A stretch of 31,879 nt of DNA from Promethearchaeota archaeon (GCA_016926735.1 JAFGOA010000134.1:1-31879), one strand, 5' to 3'; positions 18,948-28,812 are shown, counted from the first letter of the stretch. The notes: a model not told the origin generated them from the letters alone. Program-made: numbers and translations.

Positions 18948-19490
18948 TTAGTAATTTTCAATAATTTCTTTTATTTTTTTTATAGTTTTCTCTCTGAGAT
19001 CTCTCAAAGAAGAATTATTCGAAATTTCATAATCCGCACTCTCAATTAATTTTTTAAGTCCGAAATTTGTTTCTCTTTTATCTCTTTTTAATAGTTCTTG
19101 ATATGTGGTAGGATCATCTCCTCTAGCTCTTTCTTTAATATGATTAAATCTTTTTTCTTCATTTATAGTAATTGCGATAATTGGAAACTTCCACTGTTTT
19201 CTAAAAACAATGATTTCTTCCCAAGACCTTAATCCATCAATAAATATAATTTCTTGATTTATATCTTTTATTTTTTCTATACATTTTTGAGCGATAATTC
19301 CCAATCCACTTTTTTTTCTTAATTCCTTTGCAATTTTACCGAGTTCAATATCCGTATGAATTTTTCCTCTTTTATTTGCTTCTTCTCTTATAATATCCCC
19401 CATATTAAGGATATATCCTAGATTTTTTATTGCATCTAAAGCTGTTGATTTTCCAGATCCAGGTAATCCACAAAAACCGATGATTTTCAT
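18948..19490 (-). CDS. P-loop kinase, archaeal dephospho-CoA kinase-like / UPF0200 family
   Basis: GLPGSGKST P-loop, MGDIIREE, IDGLRS..E, RARGDD, RDKRE...G. Confidence 0.85.
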   Translation of the reverse strand: MKIIGFCGLPGSGKSTALDAIKNLGYILNMGDIIREEANKRGKIHTDIELGKIAKELRKKSGLGIIAQKCIEKIKDINQEIIFIDGLRSWEEIIVFRKQWKFPIIAITINEEKRFNHIKERARGDDPTTYQELLKRDKRETNFGLKKLIESADYEISNNSSLRDLREKTIKKIKEIIENY

Positions 19491-19638
19491 ATTATTTATA
19501 TTAATTTTTAAAAAAAAAGAAATATTCTTAACACTTATCTTTTATTAATTATTTATAGTGTAAATCACGTCTTAAGAATAAAATATTATATCAATTTTAT
19601 AATATATTTCTTATAGATATCCTAAAAAAAAATTGCTG

Positions 19639-20817
19639 ATGAAGGAGAAATCAAAAGATAATCATCAAAAGGAGAGTACATATGAGCGATCCTTAAAGCA
19701 TCCGGAACATATGGACTTTGTTTTAAAAAGCCAGGAAAGCGATGTGGAAGCATATAAAAAGATTATCTTAAATTGGGATTCATATAGGAGAATTGTTGGA
19801 TATTCAATAAGATATGCCAACGATGAAATGAAACCAAGTGAATTAAAGGAAGTATATGGTATTTTAGTTGGAACTATTGAAAATGAAAAAATCATTATTA
19901 AAGATGCAATTCCAATGATTTTTGGTGATAGAGCAGGAGTAGAATATGAAAATAAACAATATGGAAATATGGAACAAATTGATACATCTATTTATGAGAA
20001 AGCTATAGAAGACAAAGAGAAGGATTTTATCATAGGATGGTGGCATACTCATCCTGGTTTTGGATTTTTTTTCTCTCCAATTGACAATTTAACTCAATTA
20101 GGATATCAAGATTCTAACCCTCACGCAATTGGATTAATATTTGATTATTGTAAAAAAAATAATAATTCATTAGGGATAGCAGCATTAAGATTAAAAAATC
20201 CAAAAAGAGCAACATTCTCAGATTTTGTAAAAATAAGAATGACTTATGAACCAAAGAAATCTTCTATGCTGAAAAAAATAAATAAGTTAATTACTGAAAT
20301 AAAGAAAGACAAAAAATCTATTGAAGAAAATATTAAATATATTCAAGAAACAACATACAAAAAGTCTTTATTTCAATTACATGAAAAATATGGATTAATC
20401 TCTGAAAGAGAAATAGAATACCTCTTAATTAGTGAATCTAAAGAAAGTGAACAAAAGCTATTTGTTTGGAGAGAAGATAAAAAAGAAGATAAATTACCTC
20501 CTTTTAGAGAGAGTATAGAAAAAGAAATAAAAAAACAAGAATCTATTTTAAGAAAATTATTAAATGGCGGTAGTAAAGAAAAGTTTGAAAAAACTAAAGA
20601 TAAAATATCTAAGAAAATAAAATTAAAATTAGATAATCCCAAGAAATTAGTTGATTCAATTGAGGAAACTTACTCAAAGAAAAAAAATATGATTTTAAAA
20701 TATTATGATTACTTTGATACTAATGAGAGAATGTTATTAGAAAGAATAGAAAAATTTATTGAACAATATCATGAAATATTAGATACGTTATATTTACAAA
20801 TAGAATTTAATATATAA
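19639..20817 (+). CDS. JAMM/MPN+ metalloprotease (Rpn11/CSN5-like) with long C-terminal coiled coil
   Basis: EVYGILVG plus GWWHTHPGFGFFFSPID (E...HxH-x7-S-x2-D) and TQLGYQ. ATG at 19639 (TTG at 19633 possible). Confidence 0.88.
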   Translation: MKEKSKDNHQKESTYERSLKHPEHMDFVLKSQESDVEAYKKIILNWDSYRRIVGYSIRYANDEMKPSELKEVYGILVGTIENEKIIIKDAIPMIFGDRAGVEYENKQYGNMEQIDTSIYEKAIEDKEKDFIIGWWHTHPGFGFFFSPIDNLTQLGYQDSNPHAIGLIFDYCKKNNNSLGIAALRLKNPKRATFSDFVKIRMTYEPKKSSMLKKINKLITEIKKDKKSIEENIKYIQETTYKKSLFQLHEKYGLISEREIEYLLISESKESEQKLFVWREDKKEDKLPPFRESIEKEIKKQESILRKLLNGGSKEKFEKTKDKISKKIKLKLDNPKKLVDSIEETYSKKKNMILKYYDYFDTNERMLLERIEKFIEQYHEILDTLYLQIEFNI

Positions 20818-20960
20818 TCTTCTGTATATTTAACCAAAAGATCCACATTAAAAAATCATTTTATTGATCATATTTAAGCAAGTTTTATATTAAATGGTAT
20901 ATTAAATAATATGAAACCTTTTTCCTATAAGAGGACTATTTTTACAATAAGGTTCTTTTA

Positions 20961-21269
20961 ATGATGAATAATATAATTAATATTAAACAAAGAAACGATA
21001 AAGAAAGAGCGATTAAAGATGCTATTTTTGCCTTTTCTGGAGGCCAAAAATCCGTCTTAATCAAAGGAGAGGGAAAAGAAATATCAACTGCAGTTGAAAT
21101 CGCAGAAATATTACGCCAGAGATTATTTCCTTCAATAGAAATATCAGATATAACATTAGGAAGTAGACCTTTTTTTAAAAAAGGTCGACGAGATTTTAAA
21201 AATAACCATAATAAAGAATTTAAACCGGATATTGTCTCTCAAATAGAAATAGAGATATCAAGAATCTAA
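20961..21269 (+). CDS. Divergent Alba-family nucleic-acid-binding protein
   Basis: 'VLIKGEGKEISTAVEIAEILRQR' and 'VSQIEIEISR' correspond to Alba KARGRAISKAVDVAEIVRNR and VSTIEI. Confidence 0.78.
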   Translation: MMNNIINIKQRNDKERAIKDAIFAFSGGQKSVLIKGEGKEISTAVEIAEILRQRLFPSIEISDITLGSRPFFKKGRRDFKNNHNKEFKPDIVSQIEIEISRI

Positions 21270-21280
21270 GTGAAATTATT

Positions 21281-21442
21281 TTGACATTTGAAAAACTAGG
21301 TCCCTTACTTAAAGAAGATAGAACTTCAGCAATTTGTGAAGTATGCAATAACTATATATACAAAAGAGTCTATTATGACGAAAATAGTTCAAAAAAGCAA
21401 AAGATTGTTTTTGTATGTAAAAATTGTCTTGATAATGATTAA
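21281..21442 (+). CDS. Zinc-ribbon microprotein (CxxC...CxxC), 53 aa; not in ORF track
   Basis: TTG start 11 nt after the Alba stop. Translation MTFEKLGPLLKEDRTSAICEVCNNYIYKRVYYDENSSKKQKIVFVCKNCLDND*. Confidence 0.7.
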   Translation: MTFEKLGPLLKEDRTSAICEVCNNYIYKRVYYDENSSKKQKIVFVCKNCLDND

Positions 21443-21540
21443 AATCAAAAATATACAAGTCTAAATTAAGAATTCAGATTTTTAGAATTTTATAATAAAA
21501 ACTAAAGAAATACTAAATATATTTCTGATAGGTATTTTCT

Positions 21541-22395
21541 TTAATTCTCTTGATTTTCTCCAATAGAGATATTTTTTGATTTTTTAATTTTTTTTTCTTT
21601 TCTTTCTTTAAGAAATTTATTCCAATTAAATCCCATTATAAAAAACATAATTGATATTGTGAAAAGTAATAACACTATTTCAGTAACAACATCTCTTACA
21701 TCATTCTGTTCTCCACCAAATCCAAGAAAATCAAATCCAAACTGAAGAAATACAGGTATTAAGCAATAGAGAATCGTTGTAAAATTCTTTCCTAGCCATC
21801 CAGGAATTATACATTTCCAAAAAGGGTATTTCATCATCCCTAAAGGAAGAAATAAAATATCATCAGGTAAGGGGGTTAAAGCAAAAAGAAATATCATAAA
21901 AGGAGTAGCTTTTTTATTTTTGAGAACAATTTTTGCAAATCCATCTATGTTTTTTAAAAATTCAGAGTCTTTTTTCTCTCCTAATTTTTTTGCTCCATAT
22001 CCAACATAATATCCTGTAAATTCTCCTAAAGCAGAACCTAATCCTCCAACCATAGCAATACCTAATACCTCTGCCCAGTAATTAAAATTCATTAAAATTT
22101 CATTTAAATCTAATCCCATTGCGCTATATCTCATGAAGATGGAATTTGATAGGGAAAATAATACAAAAGGAAATGGAACAGGAAATCCGATTGAAGCAGA
22201 ACCTAAAAAACAAATTACTAACGAAATTACTATAGCTATTATATAATTTGCTCCTTCAGTAATAGAACTTATATTATGGCGTATATCAATAACAAAATCT
22301 TGAAAAGGTTGAACTGTAAAGAATAATAGAAGATAGCTAACAACGAGTATATAAATAATGATAAATATATAGGATAATCTTTTCATAAAAACCAT
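21541..22395 (-). CDS. VTT/DedA (SNARE-associated) family membrane protein
   Basis: GGLGSALGEFTGYYVGYG and FALTPLPDDILFLPLG motifs; multiple transmembrane segments. Confidence 0.85.
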   Translation of the reverse strand: MVFMKRLSYIFIIIYILVVSYLLLFFTVQPFQDFVIDIRHNISSITEGANYIIAIVISLVICFLGSASIGFPVPFPFVLFSLSNSIFMRYSAMGLDLNEILMNFNYWAEVLGIAMVGGLGSALGEFTGYYVGYGAKKLGEKKDSEFLKNIDGFAKIVLKNKKATPFMIFLFALTPLPDDILFLPLGMMKYPFWKCIIPGWLGKNFTTILYCLIPVFLQFGFDFLGFGGEQNDVRDVVTEIVLLLFTISIMFFIMGFNWNKFLKERKEKKIKKSKNISIGENQEN

Positions 22396-22401
22396 ATCTG
22401 T

Positions 22402-22800
22402 TCATTTTATTTTTTTTTTTTCTTTTGAAATTTTTGTATTTAACCCATTTCTGGCTTTTTGAACTAATTCTATATTATTTAGTACTTCCCCTATTTTATT
22501 AACTTTGTGTGGAAATATTTGATCTTCTAATATTATAATTAATTCATCTGTTTTTGGATTATATACAATATCGCCTTTGATTAATTGATTATTGGCTGAT
22601 TGGTTTAATCCTTTATATATTTCAATACCAGGAATAGTCCAATATTTTTGTGACCCAAAACTAAATCTTCCTCTTAAAATTAGGGGCAATTTATCTAATA
22701 CAGCATCAGCAGTGAGAGGGGCAATATGACGGATTATGATCGATTTTAAAATACCCACACCAAATAATTGAATATTAACAGGAATATCTGCTTGGGACAT
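22402..22800 (-). CDS. Cyclophilin-like fold protein (TM1367/DUF3830-like)
   Basis: 'APLTADAVLDKLPL', 'KGDIVYNP' and 'VNKIGEV' pattern. Confidence 0.7.
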   Translation of the reverse strand: MSQADIPVNIQLFGVGILKSIIIRHIAPLTADAVLDKLPLILRGRFSFGSQKYWTIPGIEIYKGLNQSANNQLIKGDIVYNPKTDELIIILEDQIFPHKVNKIGEVLNNIELVQKARNGLNTKISKEKKKIK

Positions 22801-23550
22801 ACTAATCTTTATTATGTGTAATTATCTAAATTTTTTTATAATTATAAAAGTATAAAACTTTGTTCAATAAAAACAAACGACTTATTTTTTTTAAACTTGA
22901 TGACAATTAAATTAGACAATATGTTTTTTTATTTCTATTATTTATAAGAAGATTTAAATATTGTAATTTTTATTATATTATCGGACAATAGAATATTTAT
23001 GCATTGGTTTAAATTCTTTGATACCACTTATAGGTAACATAAGCAAAACATAATTCTGGAGTAAGATAATAACCAATTTTTATAATTTATTTTTCTTGGA
23101 TTAATATTAATAAATTTTCCATTTATTTCTTGGTAACCCATAAAACAATATACACTAAGAAAAAATGATACCTTTATAATATATATACAGCAAATATGTA
23201 TAACAAATAAGATAACAATCAAAATCAATTAGATTTATCCATTGTATTTTTATGTAATTCCTTGATAGTTTGATATAAAAAATACCAAGTAACATAAGAG
23301 AAATACTCAAGTGGGTTTAAATAGAAATTTTATTTAATATTTATAACAATGTATTCTGAATGTAGGTAATAATATATGTACTTTAACAGTATTTCCCGGT
23401 AGTTCTACAAAAACATCAAGGAAGACAAACAATTCTTTACAATAATAAGTATCTTACAATTTTCCATGAATATTCCGTTTAAAACTAATGTGCACTAACA
23501 TTTTAATTCGGTGAATCTATTGTCCTCTTTTTTTTCATATTAAAATTAAT

Positions 23551-24468
23551 TCACTCCTTTGTTGTAACTATTGTTTTTCCTTTAGAATCAATTATAATAG
23601 TATGTTCAAATTGGGCTACTGGTTTAGATGTTTTTTCTATTAATGTATGATATTTATCTATAATATTTTTACTGATAAATGAATTTAAAATAGATTGGAT
23701 TTTATTTTTTGGAATTAATTTTTTTTTTTCTATCCATCGTGGAGAAAATGGGAGATTTCCAAAATTATCTGCAATTTTTTTCATATAATTAAGACTTTCG
23801 TAGGGTAAATTCTTAGTTTTTTTTTTTAGAAATCGAAAAATATAGGCATTTTTTCCATTAATAACTTTTCCTACTCCGGAAGTTGTAAAGGGTTCACAAG
23901 CATAAGCATCACCTGGTTTTAATATAGTATTATGAGTTGTTTCCTTATAATTTGGAATAAATGGTCCAGCATGTAAATTATATTGTTTTAATTCATGACC
24001 ACCAAGATTAGTTACTGGTCTTAAACCTCGTTTAATAATTTCAGCAGCGATGACTTCTCCAAGTTCATATAATTTTGTTCCGGGGATAAAAATATCTATT
24101 GCAGCATTTAATCCCGCTTCTGCAGCTTCAATATAGTTTTGCAATTTAGGATCCTCATCTAAATTGATAGTGAATGCAGAATCTGCAATATATCCTTTAT
24201 AATGTGATCCTACATCGATTTTTAAAAGCCCCTTTTCCGGTATAACCTGGGGTTCATCAATAGGGGGACTATAATGAGCTGCAATTTCGTTTAAAGACAT
24301 ATTTATCGGAAACGACAATTCTGCTCCATTTTTGAGTATTTCATCTTCACATTTATTTGCTACATCTAAAAATGAGCTTCCAGGGGTCACTATTTTTTTT
24401 GCCATTTTTTTTGCTGCTATAACGGCTTTTCCGGCTTTTATATAACAATCAATATAGTCATTATTCAT
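23551..24468 (-). CDS. map: Methionine aminopeptidase type II
   Basis: FPINMSLNEIAAHYSP, KIDVG, IADSA, NLGGH, ACEPF, QFEHT metal-ligand motifs, plus the type II insert (LPFSPRW). Confidence 0.96.
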   Translation of the reverse strand: MNNDYIDCYIKAGKAVIAAKKMAKKIVTPGSSFLDVANKCEDEILKNGAELSFPINMSLNEIAAHYSPPIDEPQVIPEKGLLKIDVGSHYKGYIADSAFTINLDEDPKLQNYIEAAEAGLNAAIDIFIPGTKLYELGEVIAAEIIKRGLRPVTNLGGHELKQYNLHAGPFIPNYKETTHNTILKPGDAYACEPFTTSGVGKVINGKNAYIFRFLKKKTKNLPYESLNYMKKIADNFGNLPFSPRWIEKKKLIPKNKIQSILNSFISKNIIDKYHTLIEKTSKPVAQFEHTIIIDSKGKTIVTTKE

Positions 24469-24607
24469 AATTATCTATTTTTAAATTCAATTCATAAAAT
24501 TTAAATTTTTTTTATTAATTAACAAGAGGGGTAATCATTTTCAATTAGCATTATTCTATTTTTTTATTTATTTTAATTATTGGAGTTCATGAATACTATT
24601 CCTTTAT

Positions 24608-24626
24608 AAAAAAAAAGAAAAAAAAG
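24608..24626 (-). terminator. Putative oligo-U terminator downstream of aspS
   Basis: A-rich run on the + strand (T-tract on -) immediately after the aspS stop; archaeal terminators are commonly U-tracts. The genome is AT-rich, so this is weak evidence. Confidence 0.35.
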
Positions 24627-24631
24627 ATTTA

Positions 24632-25951
24632 TCAGGGGGTTAATCGTTCTGGAGTTCTTGGATACATAACTGCCTCTCTAATGTCTTCTAGACCACATAG
24701 AAATGTGAGCCATCTTGCGATACCTAAACCAACACCAGCATGAGGGGGCATTCCAAAGTCAAAAGTTCTCAGATGAGAATCAAAAGCTTTTGGATTTAAT
24801 CCTTTTTCATTTAAAGCAGTTATTAATTGTTCCTTATTATGCACTCTAGTTCCTCCAGAAGTAAGTTCAAGCCATCCCATTTGTAAATCGAATGATTCAC
24901 TATATTTTGGATCTTTAGAAGGCATAATATAAAATGGTTTTATAGACATTGGCCAATGAGTTATATAATAATATCCGGGTAGTTCATCTCCTAATGCACG
25001 ATATGCTTCTGTTGATATATCTTCCCCCCATTCTATCTTTATATCACATTTTTTATCAATAATTTCAATTATTTCATCATATGTATACCTTGGAAAGGGA
25101 ATTTCAGGAACTAAAGTTTTATTTTCCATTTTTAACAATTTTAGCGAATCTAATTGATTCTTTCTGATATCCTTTATAACATTATGGATGAGCTCTTCTA
25201 GGATTCTTAAAATATCAGACATATCAGCAAAAGCCATTTCAATGTCTAAGACAAATATCTCACAAAGATGTCTTTTTGTATGACTTTTTTCTGCTCGGAA
25301 GCAATGACTTATTTCAAATACTCTCTCATATACACCACTTAATTGTTCTTTATAAAGTTGAGCAGATTGAGTTAAAAATGCTTCTCTATCAAAAAACATA
25401 ATTGGAAATAATTCAGTTCCTCCTTCAGTAGCAGAGCCTATAATTTTCGGTGTAGTTATCTCAGTAAAGTAATTATTAAAAAGATATTTACGAATAGATT
25501 TGAGAATTTCTCCTCTAATTTCAAAAATTGCTTGATTTTTTAGAGATCTTAGATCTAAAGCTCGATTATCTAATCTTAAATCTAAGGCACTGATACTTTC
25601 ACCTGTCATATCAATAGGGAGTTTTTCAGGAGTCTTATTTAGTATTTTAATATCAGTAGGGATTATTTCAACACCTCCAGGAGCTTTATTAAATGTTTTT
25701 ACAGTTCCTTTTATCATAATACAATCTTGATATCCAAAGATGGCCTTATTAAAAATATCATCAGGTACGACACCTTTTTTTATTGTGACTTGTCTTTCTC
25801 CATACTTATCTTGAAGGTTTAGAAATTTCAATCCACCTAAATCACGGAAATTTCTTACCCATCCTCCTAGAATAATCTCCTTTTCTGCTAATTCCAAAGA
25901 AACATCTTTTGTGTAGTGAGTTTTCCTCCAATTTTCTAATTCATCTAACAT
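24632..25951 (-). CDS. aspS: Aspartyl-tRNA synthetase, archaeal type, probably non-discriminating
   Basis: GWV..RDLGG OB fold, RLDNRALDLR, ATEGGTELF, QSAQLYK, FRAEKS, GMPPHAG.G.G..R, YPRTPERLTP; KAPGG loop. Confidence 0.95.
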   Translation of the reverse strand: MLDELENWRKTHYTKDVSLELAEKEIILGGWVRNFRDLGGLKFLNLQDKYGERQVTIKKGVVPDDIFNKAIFGYQDCIMIKGTVKTFNKAPGGVEIIPTDIKILNKTPEKLPIDMTGESISALDLRLDNRALDLRSLKNQAIFEIRGEILKSIRKYLFNNYFTEITTPKIIGSATEGGTELFPIMFFDREAFLTQSAQLYKEQLSGVYERVFEISHCFRAEKSHTKRHLCEIFVLDIEMAFADMSDILRILEELIHNVIKDIRKNQLDSLKLLKMENKTLVPEIPFPRYTYDEIIEIIDKKCDIKIEWGEDISTEAYRALGDELPGYYYITHWPMSIKPFYIMPSKDPKYSESFDLQMGWLELTSGGTRVHNKEQLITALNEKGLNPKAFDSHLRTFDFGMPPHAGVGLGIARWLTFLCGLEDIREAVMYPRTPERLTP

Positions 25952-26367
25952 AATCTGATTAAATATGTTAATTATATAATATTGATTAAAATTTATTATA
26001 AAATTAAATTTTTAGGATGTGAACAATATACCACTTAAAAATTGTGATTTCCAACGAGTGCATAACCTCTTCTACTAAGAACTAGTCTATTCATCAAAAA
26101 ACGCTCTCCCATCGTTTTTCGAATGATACTTCATTCACAGATGGTTTATACGATGGAGAATCAAATAAATATTTTATATAAATGAAATATACCATGATAT
26201 TGATTATCAGGATGGATTTTTAATCAATTTAATTTCTATAGTTACAATTAATAGTTATTTTGATGATTTAATGATACATATATCTCAACTCAATTTAAAT
26301 CCTCCTTAAAATGAGTGTTCTCTTTGAGTAATTATGGATTAAAAGACAAAAAAAAGTGAAATTAAAA

Positions 26368-28812
26368 TTAAGATAATTTTACATTTACAGTGACTTCTTT
26401 TTCTCCAGATTTTGGCAAAGGAATGATATTTCCATCTAATTCTTCGTTATTTATATATATTGCAGATTTATTTCCTTTACCAATTCTTTCAATATTGATA
26501 TTATATATTACATCTCGATAGACACGAGTGATCTTAAAATTAGACCAAGATTTTGGTACTATGGGGGATACTAATAATCCATCAAAAGTAGGACGTATTC
26601 CAAGAATCCAATTAGTTATTGCCACATAGTTCCAAGCAGCAGTACCAGTTAACCAAGAATTTTTTGCTTCTCCATGTAATGAGGCATCTTTTCCAGCAAT
26701 CGTTTGAGCATAAATATAAGGTTCACATTTATGCAAATCACTAATTTTCTCTCTTGCTGAAGGATTTATTTTTAAATAATAATCTAATGCTTCTTCGCCA
26801 CGACCTATCAATGTTTCAGCAATCATAATCCAAGGATTAGTATGGCAAAATATACTTCCATTTTCTTTATAACCAGGAGGATATGAGGAAATCTCTCCTA
26901 GATGGAGATAGTATTTTGAGTAAGGAGGTTGTAATAATACAATTCCATGGTCAGTTGCTAATAGATTTCTAACAGAATTTAATGCCTTTTCAGCTAATCC
27001 ATTTTCTATTCCTACACCTGCCATAACACAAAATCCTTGAGGTTCAATAAAGATTTTTCCCTCATCACATTCATTAGAACCAATTTTATTACCATAACTA
27101 TCATAAGCTCTAAGAAACCACTCTCCATCCCAGCCATGACTGCAGATTATAGATTCCATTTTATTTGCCATTTCGAAGTATTTCTTTGAATCCTTATTTC
27201 GACTCATTTTTTCAAGTATTCCAGCAAATTCTTTAGCAGCAAGAGTAAATAATCCAGCTATAAAGATAGATTCTGCAATATTCCCTTCTGTATTTGTAGT
27301 AGTTTGAAAAGATTCATTAGGTTCTTTTGAAAAACAATTAAGATTAAGACAATCATTCCAATCTGCTCGACCTATTAAAGGTAATCCATGAGGACCCAGG
27401 TTATTTTGTGTATATATTATTGACCTTTTAAGATGATCTAATAATGGTTGCTCTGTTCCAGATTTATTTTCATATGGGACCATTTCTTCAAGAATACTCC
27501 AATCTCCAGTTTCTTTTAAATAAGTAGCTACACTTAAAACCAACCATAATGGATCATCATTAAAATTGCTTCCAATAGAATCATTCCCTTTTTTTGTCAA
27601 AGGTTGATATTGATGATACGCTCCTCCATTCTCTAATTGAGTTGATGCAAGATCTATTATTCTTTCCCTAGCTCTATCTGGAACAAGATGGATGAATCCC
27701 AATAGATCTTGATTAGAATCTCGAAATCCAATTCCTCTTGATATTCCAGATTCATAGAAAGATGCTGCTCTTGATACATTAAAAGTGATCATATTTTGAT
27801 AAGGATTCCAGATATTTACCATTCTATTTATATGGATATCTGGGCAGGAAACTTGATATTTTCCTAAAAGTTTAGCCCAATAATTTTTCAAATCCTCAAA
27901 TGCAGAATTAATATTTTCTTTTTTCAAGAATTTTTCAATAAGAAGTTTTACTAATTTTTTATTTATTATTTGGGATTGTGGGGGATCAAATTTTTCCTCC
28001 ACTTTGTTTTCAAAATATCCTAATAAAAAGATTATATCTTTTGATTCTCCAGATTTAAGATTGAATTTTATATGGTGTGACCCAATTGGAGACCATCCAT
28101 GAGCGTGGGAATTTTTAGATTTTCCTGTTTCAACAACAATAGGCTTACTCCAACTTCTATAAGGTCCTATAAAATCTTCTCGTTGAGTATCATATCCTTC
28201 TAATTCATCTGAACATGCAAAGTAAGTAAAATGATTTCTCCTTTCACGATATTCTGTTTTATGATATATAACATTTTTTTCAATTTCGACTTCTCCTGTA
28301 TTAAAGTTTCTTTGAAAATTGCTTGCATCATCTAATGCATCCCAAAGGCAGAATTCAATAGATGAAAAAATAGATAAATTTACTTCAGATTCATTATTAT
28401 TTTTTATTTCTAAATGCCATATTTCTAAATTATTATTAAGGGGAATAAAATAGTTTATTATGGTTTCAATTTTTTTATATTCAGAGCTTATTATTGAATA
28501 TCCTAAACCATGTCTACATTCATATTTATCCAATTTATTTTGTATAGGTTGCCAAGTTGGTGACCAATATTCTTTTCGATCATTATCACGTATATAAATA
28601 TATCTTCCTCCAAAATCAAAAGGAACATTATTATAACGATATCTTGTAATCCGTCGATATCTTGCATCTTTATAAAAACAGTATCCTCCAGCGGTATTAG
28701 AGATTATACTATAAAAATCATTACAACCTAAATAATTAATCCAAGGTAATGGAGTATCAGGTTTGGTAATAATATATTCTTTTTTCTCATCATCAAAATA
28801 TCCATATTGCAT
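26368..28812 (-). CDS. GH94 glycoside phosphorylase, cellobiose phosphorylase-like
   Basis: YGYFDD..EYIIT.P.TP.PWINYLG, GIGFRDSNQD, HQYQP, GRADWNDCLNLNCFS.EP.ESFQT, YPPGYKENGSIFCH and NSWLTGTAAW motifs. Confidence 0.93.
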   Translation of the reverse strand: MQYGYFDDEKKEYIITKPDTPLPWINYLGCNDFYSIISNTAGGYCFYKDARYRRITRYRYNNVPFDFGGRYIYIRDNDRKEYWSPTWQPIQNKLDKYECRHGLGYSIISSEYKKIETIINYFIPLNNNLEIWHLEIKNNNESEVNLSIFSSIEFCLWDALDDASNFQRNFNTGEVEIEKNVIYHKTEYRERRNHFTYFACSDELEGYDTQREDFIGPYRSWSKPIVVETGKSKNSHAHGWSPIGSHHIKFNLKSGESKDIIFLLGYFENKVEEKFDPPQSQIINKKLVKLLIEKFLKKENINSAFEDLKNYWAKLLGKYQVSCPDIHINRMVNIWNPYQNMITFNVSRAASFYESGISRGIGFRDSNQDLLGFIHLVPDRARERIIDLASTQLENGGAYHQYQPLTKKGNDSIGSNFNDDPLWLVLSVATYLKETGDWSILEEMVPYENKSGTEQPLLDHLKRSIIYTQNNLGPHGLPLIGRADWNDCLNLNCFSKEPNESFQTTTNTEGNIAESIFIAGLFTLAAKEFAGILEKMSRNKDSKKYFEMANKMESIICSHGWDGEWFLRAYDSYGNKIGSNECDEGKIFIEPQGFCVMAGVGIENGLAEKALNSVRNLLATDHGIVLLQPPYSKYYLHLGEISSYPPGYKENGSIFCHTNPWIMIAETLIGRGEEALDYYLKINPSAREKISDLHKCEPYIYAQTIAGKDASLHGEAKNSWLTGTAAWNYVAITNWILGIRPTFDGLLVSPIVPKSWSNFKITRVYRDVIYNINIERIGKGNKSAIYINNEELDGNIIPLPKSGEKEVTVNVKLS

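Noticed and set aside
2435-20642. Short ORF-track entries overlapping larger genes (2435-2671, 7272-7544, 10923-11192, 11977-12213, 13620-13898, 13908-14171, 14511-14789, 15576-15851, 16780-16992, 17357-17557, 18431-18787, 19665-19895, 19864-20052, 20373-20642)
   Set aside because: They are antisense or alternate-frame shadows of well-supported CDSs, mostly with Ile/Phe/Ser/Leu-rich composition typical of reverse-complemented AT-rich codons and no motifs.
23028-23228. 66-aa hydrophobic ORF as a real gene
   Set aside because: Non-ATG start, low complexity and no motif; it is better treated as part of a possibly decayed region.
26105-26159. Hairpin as a Loki/eukaryote-type SECIS element (contains AUGA)
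   Set aside because: The AUGA lies inside a short 6-bp hairpin, with no long helix II or apical AA loop above a GA quartet, and there is no adjacent UGA-containing selenoprotein gene.
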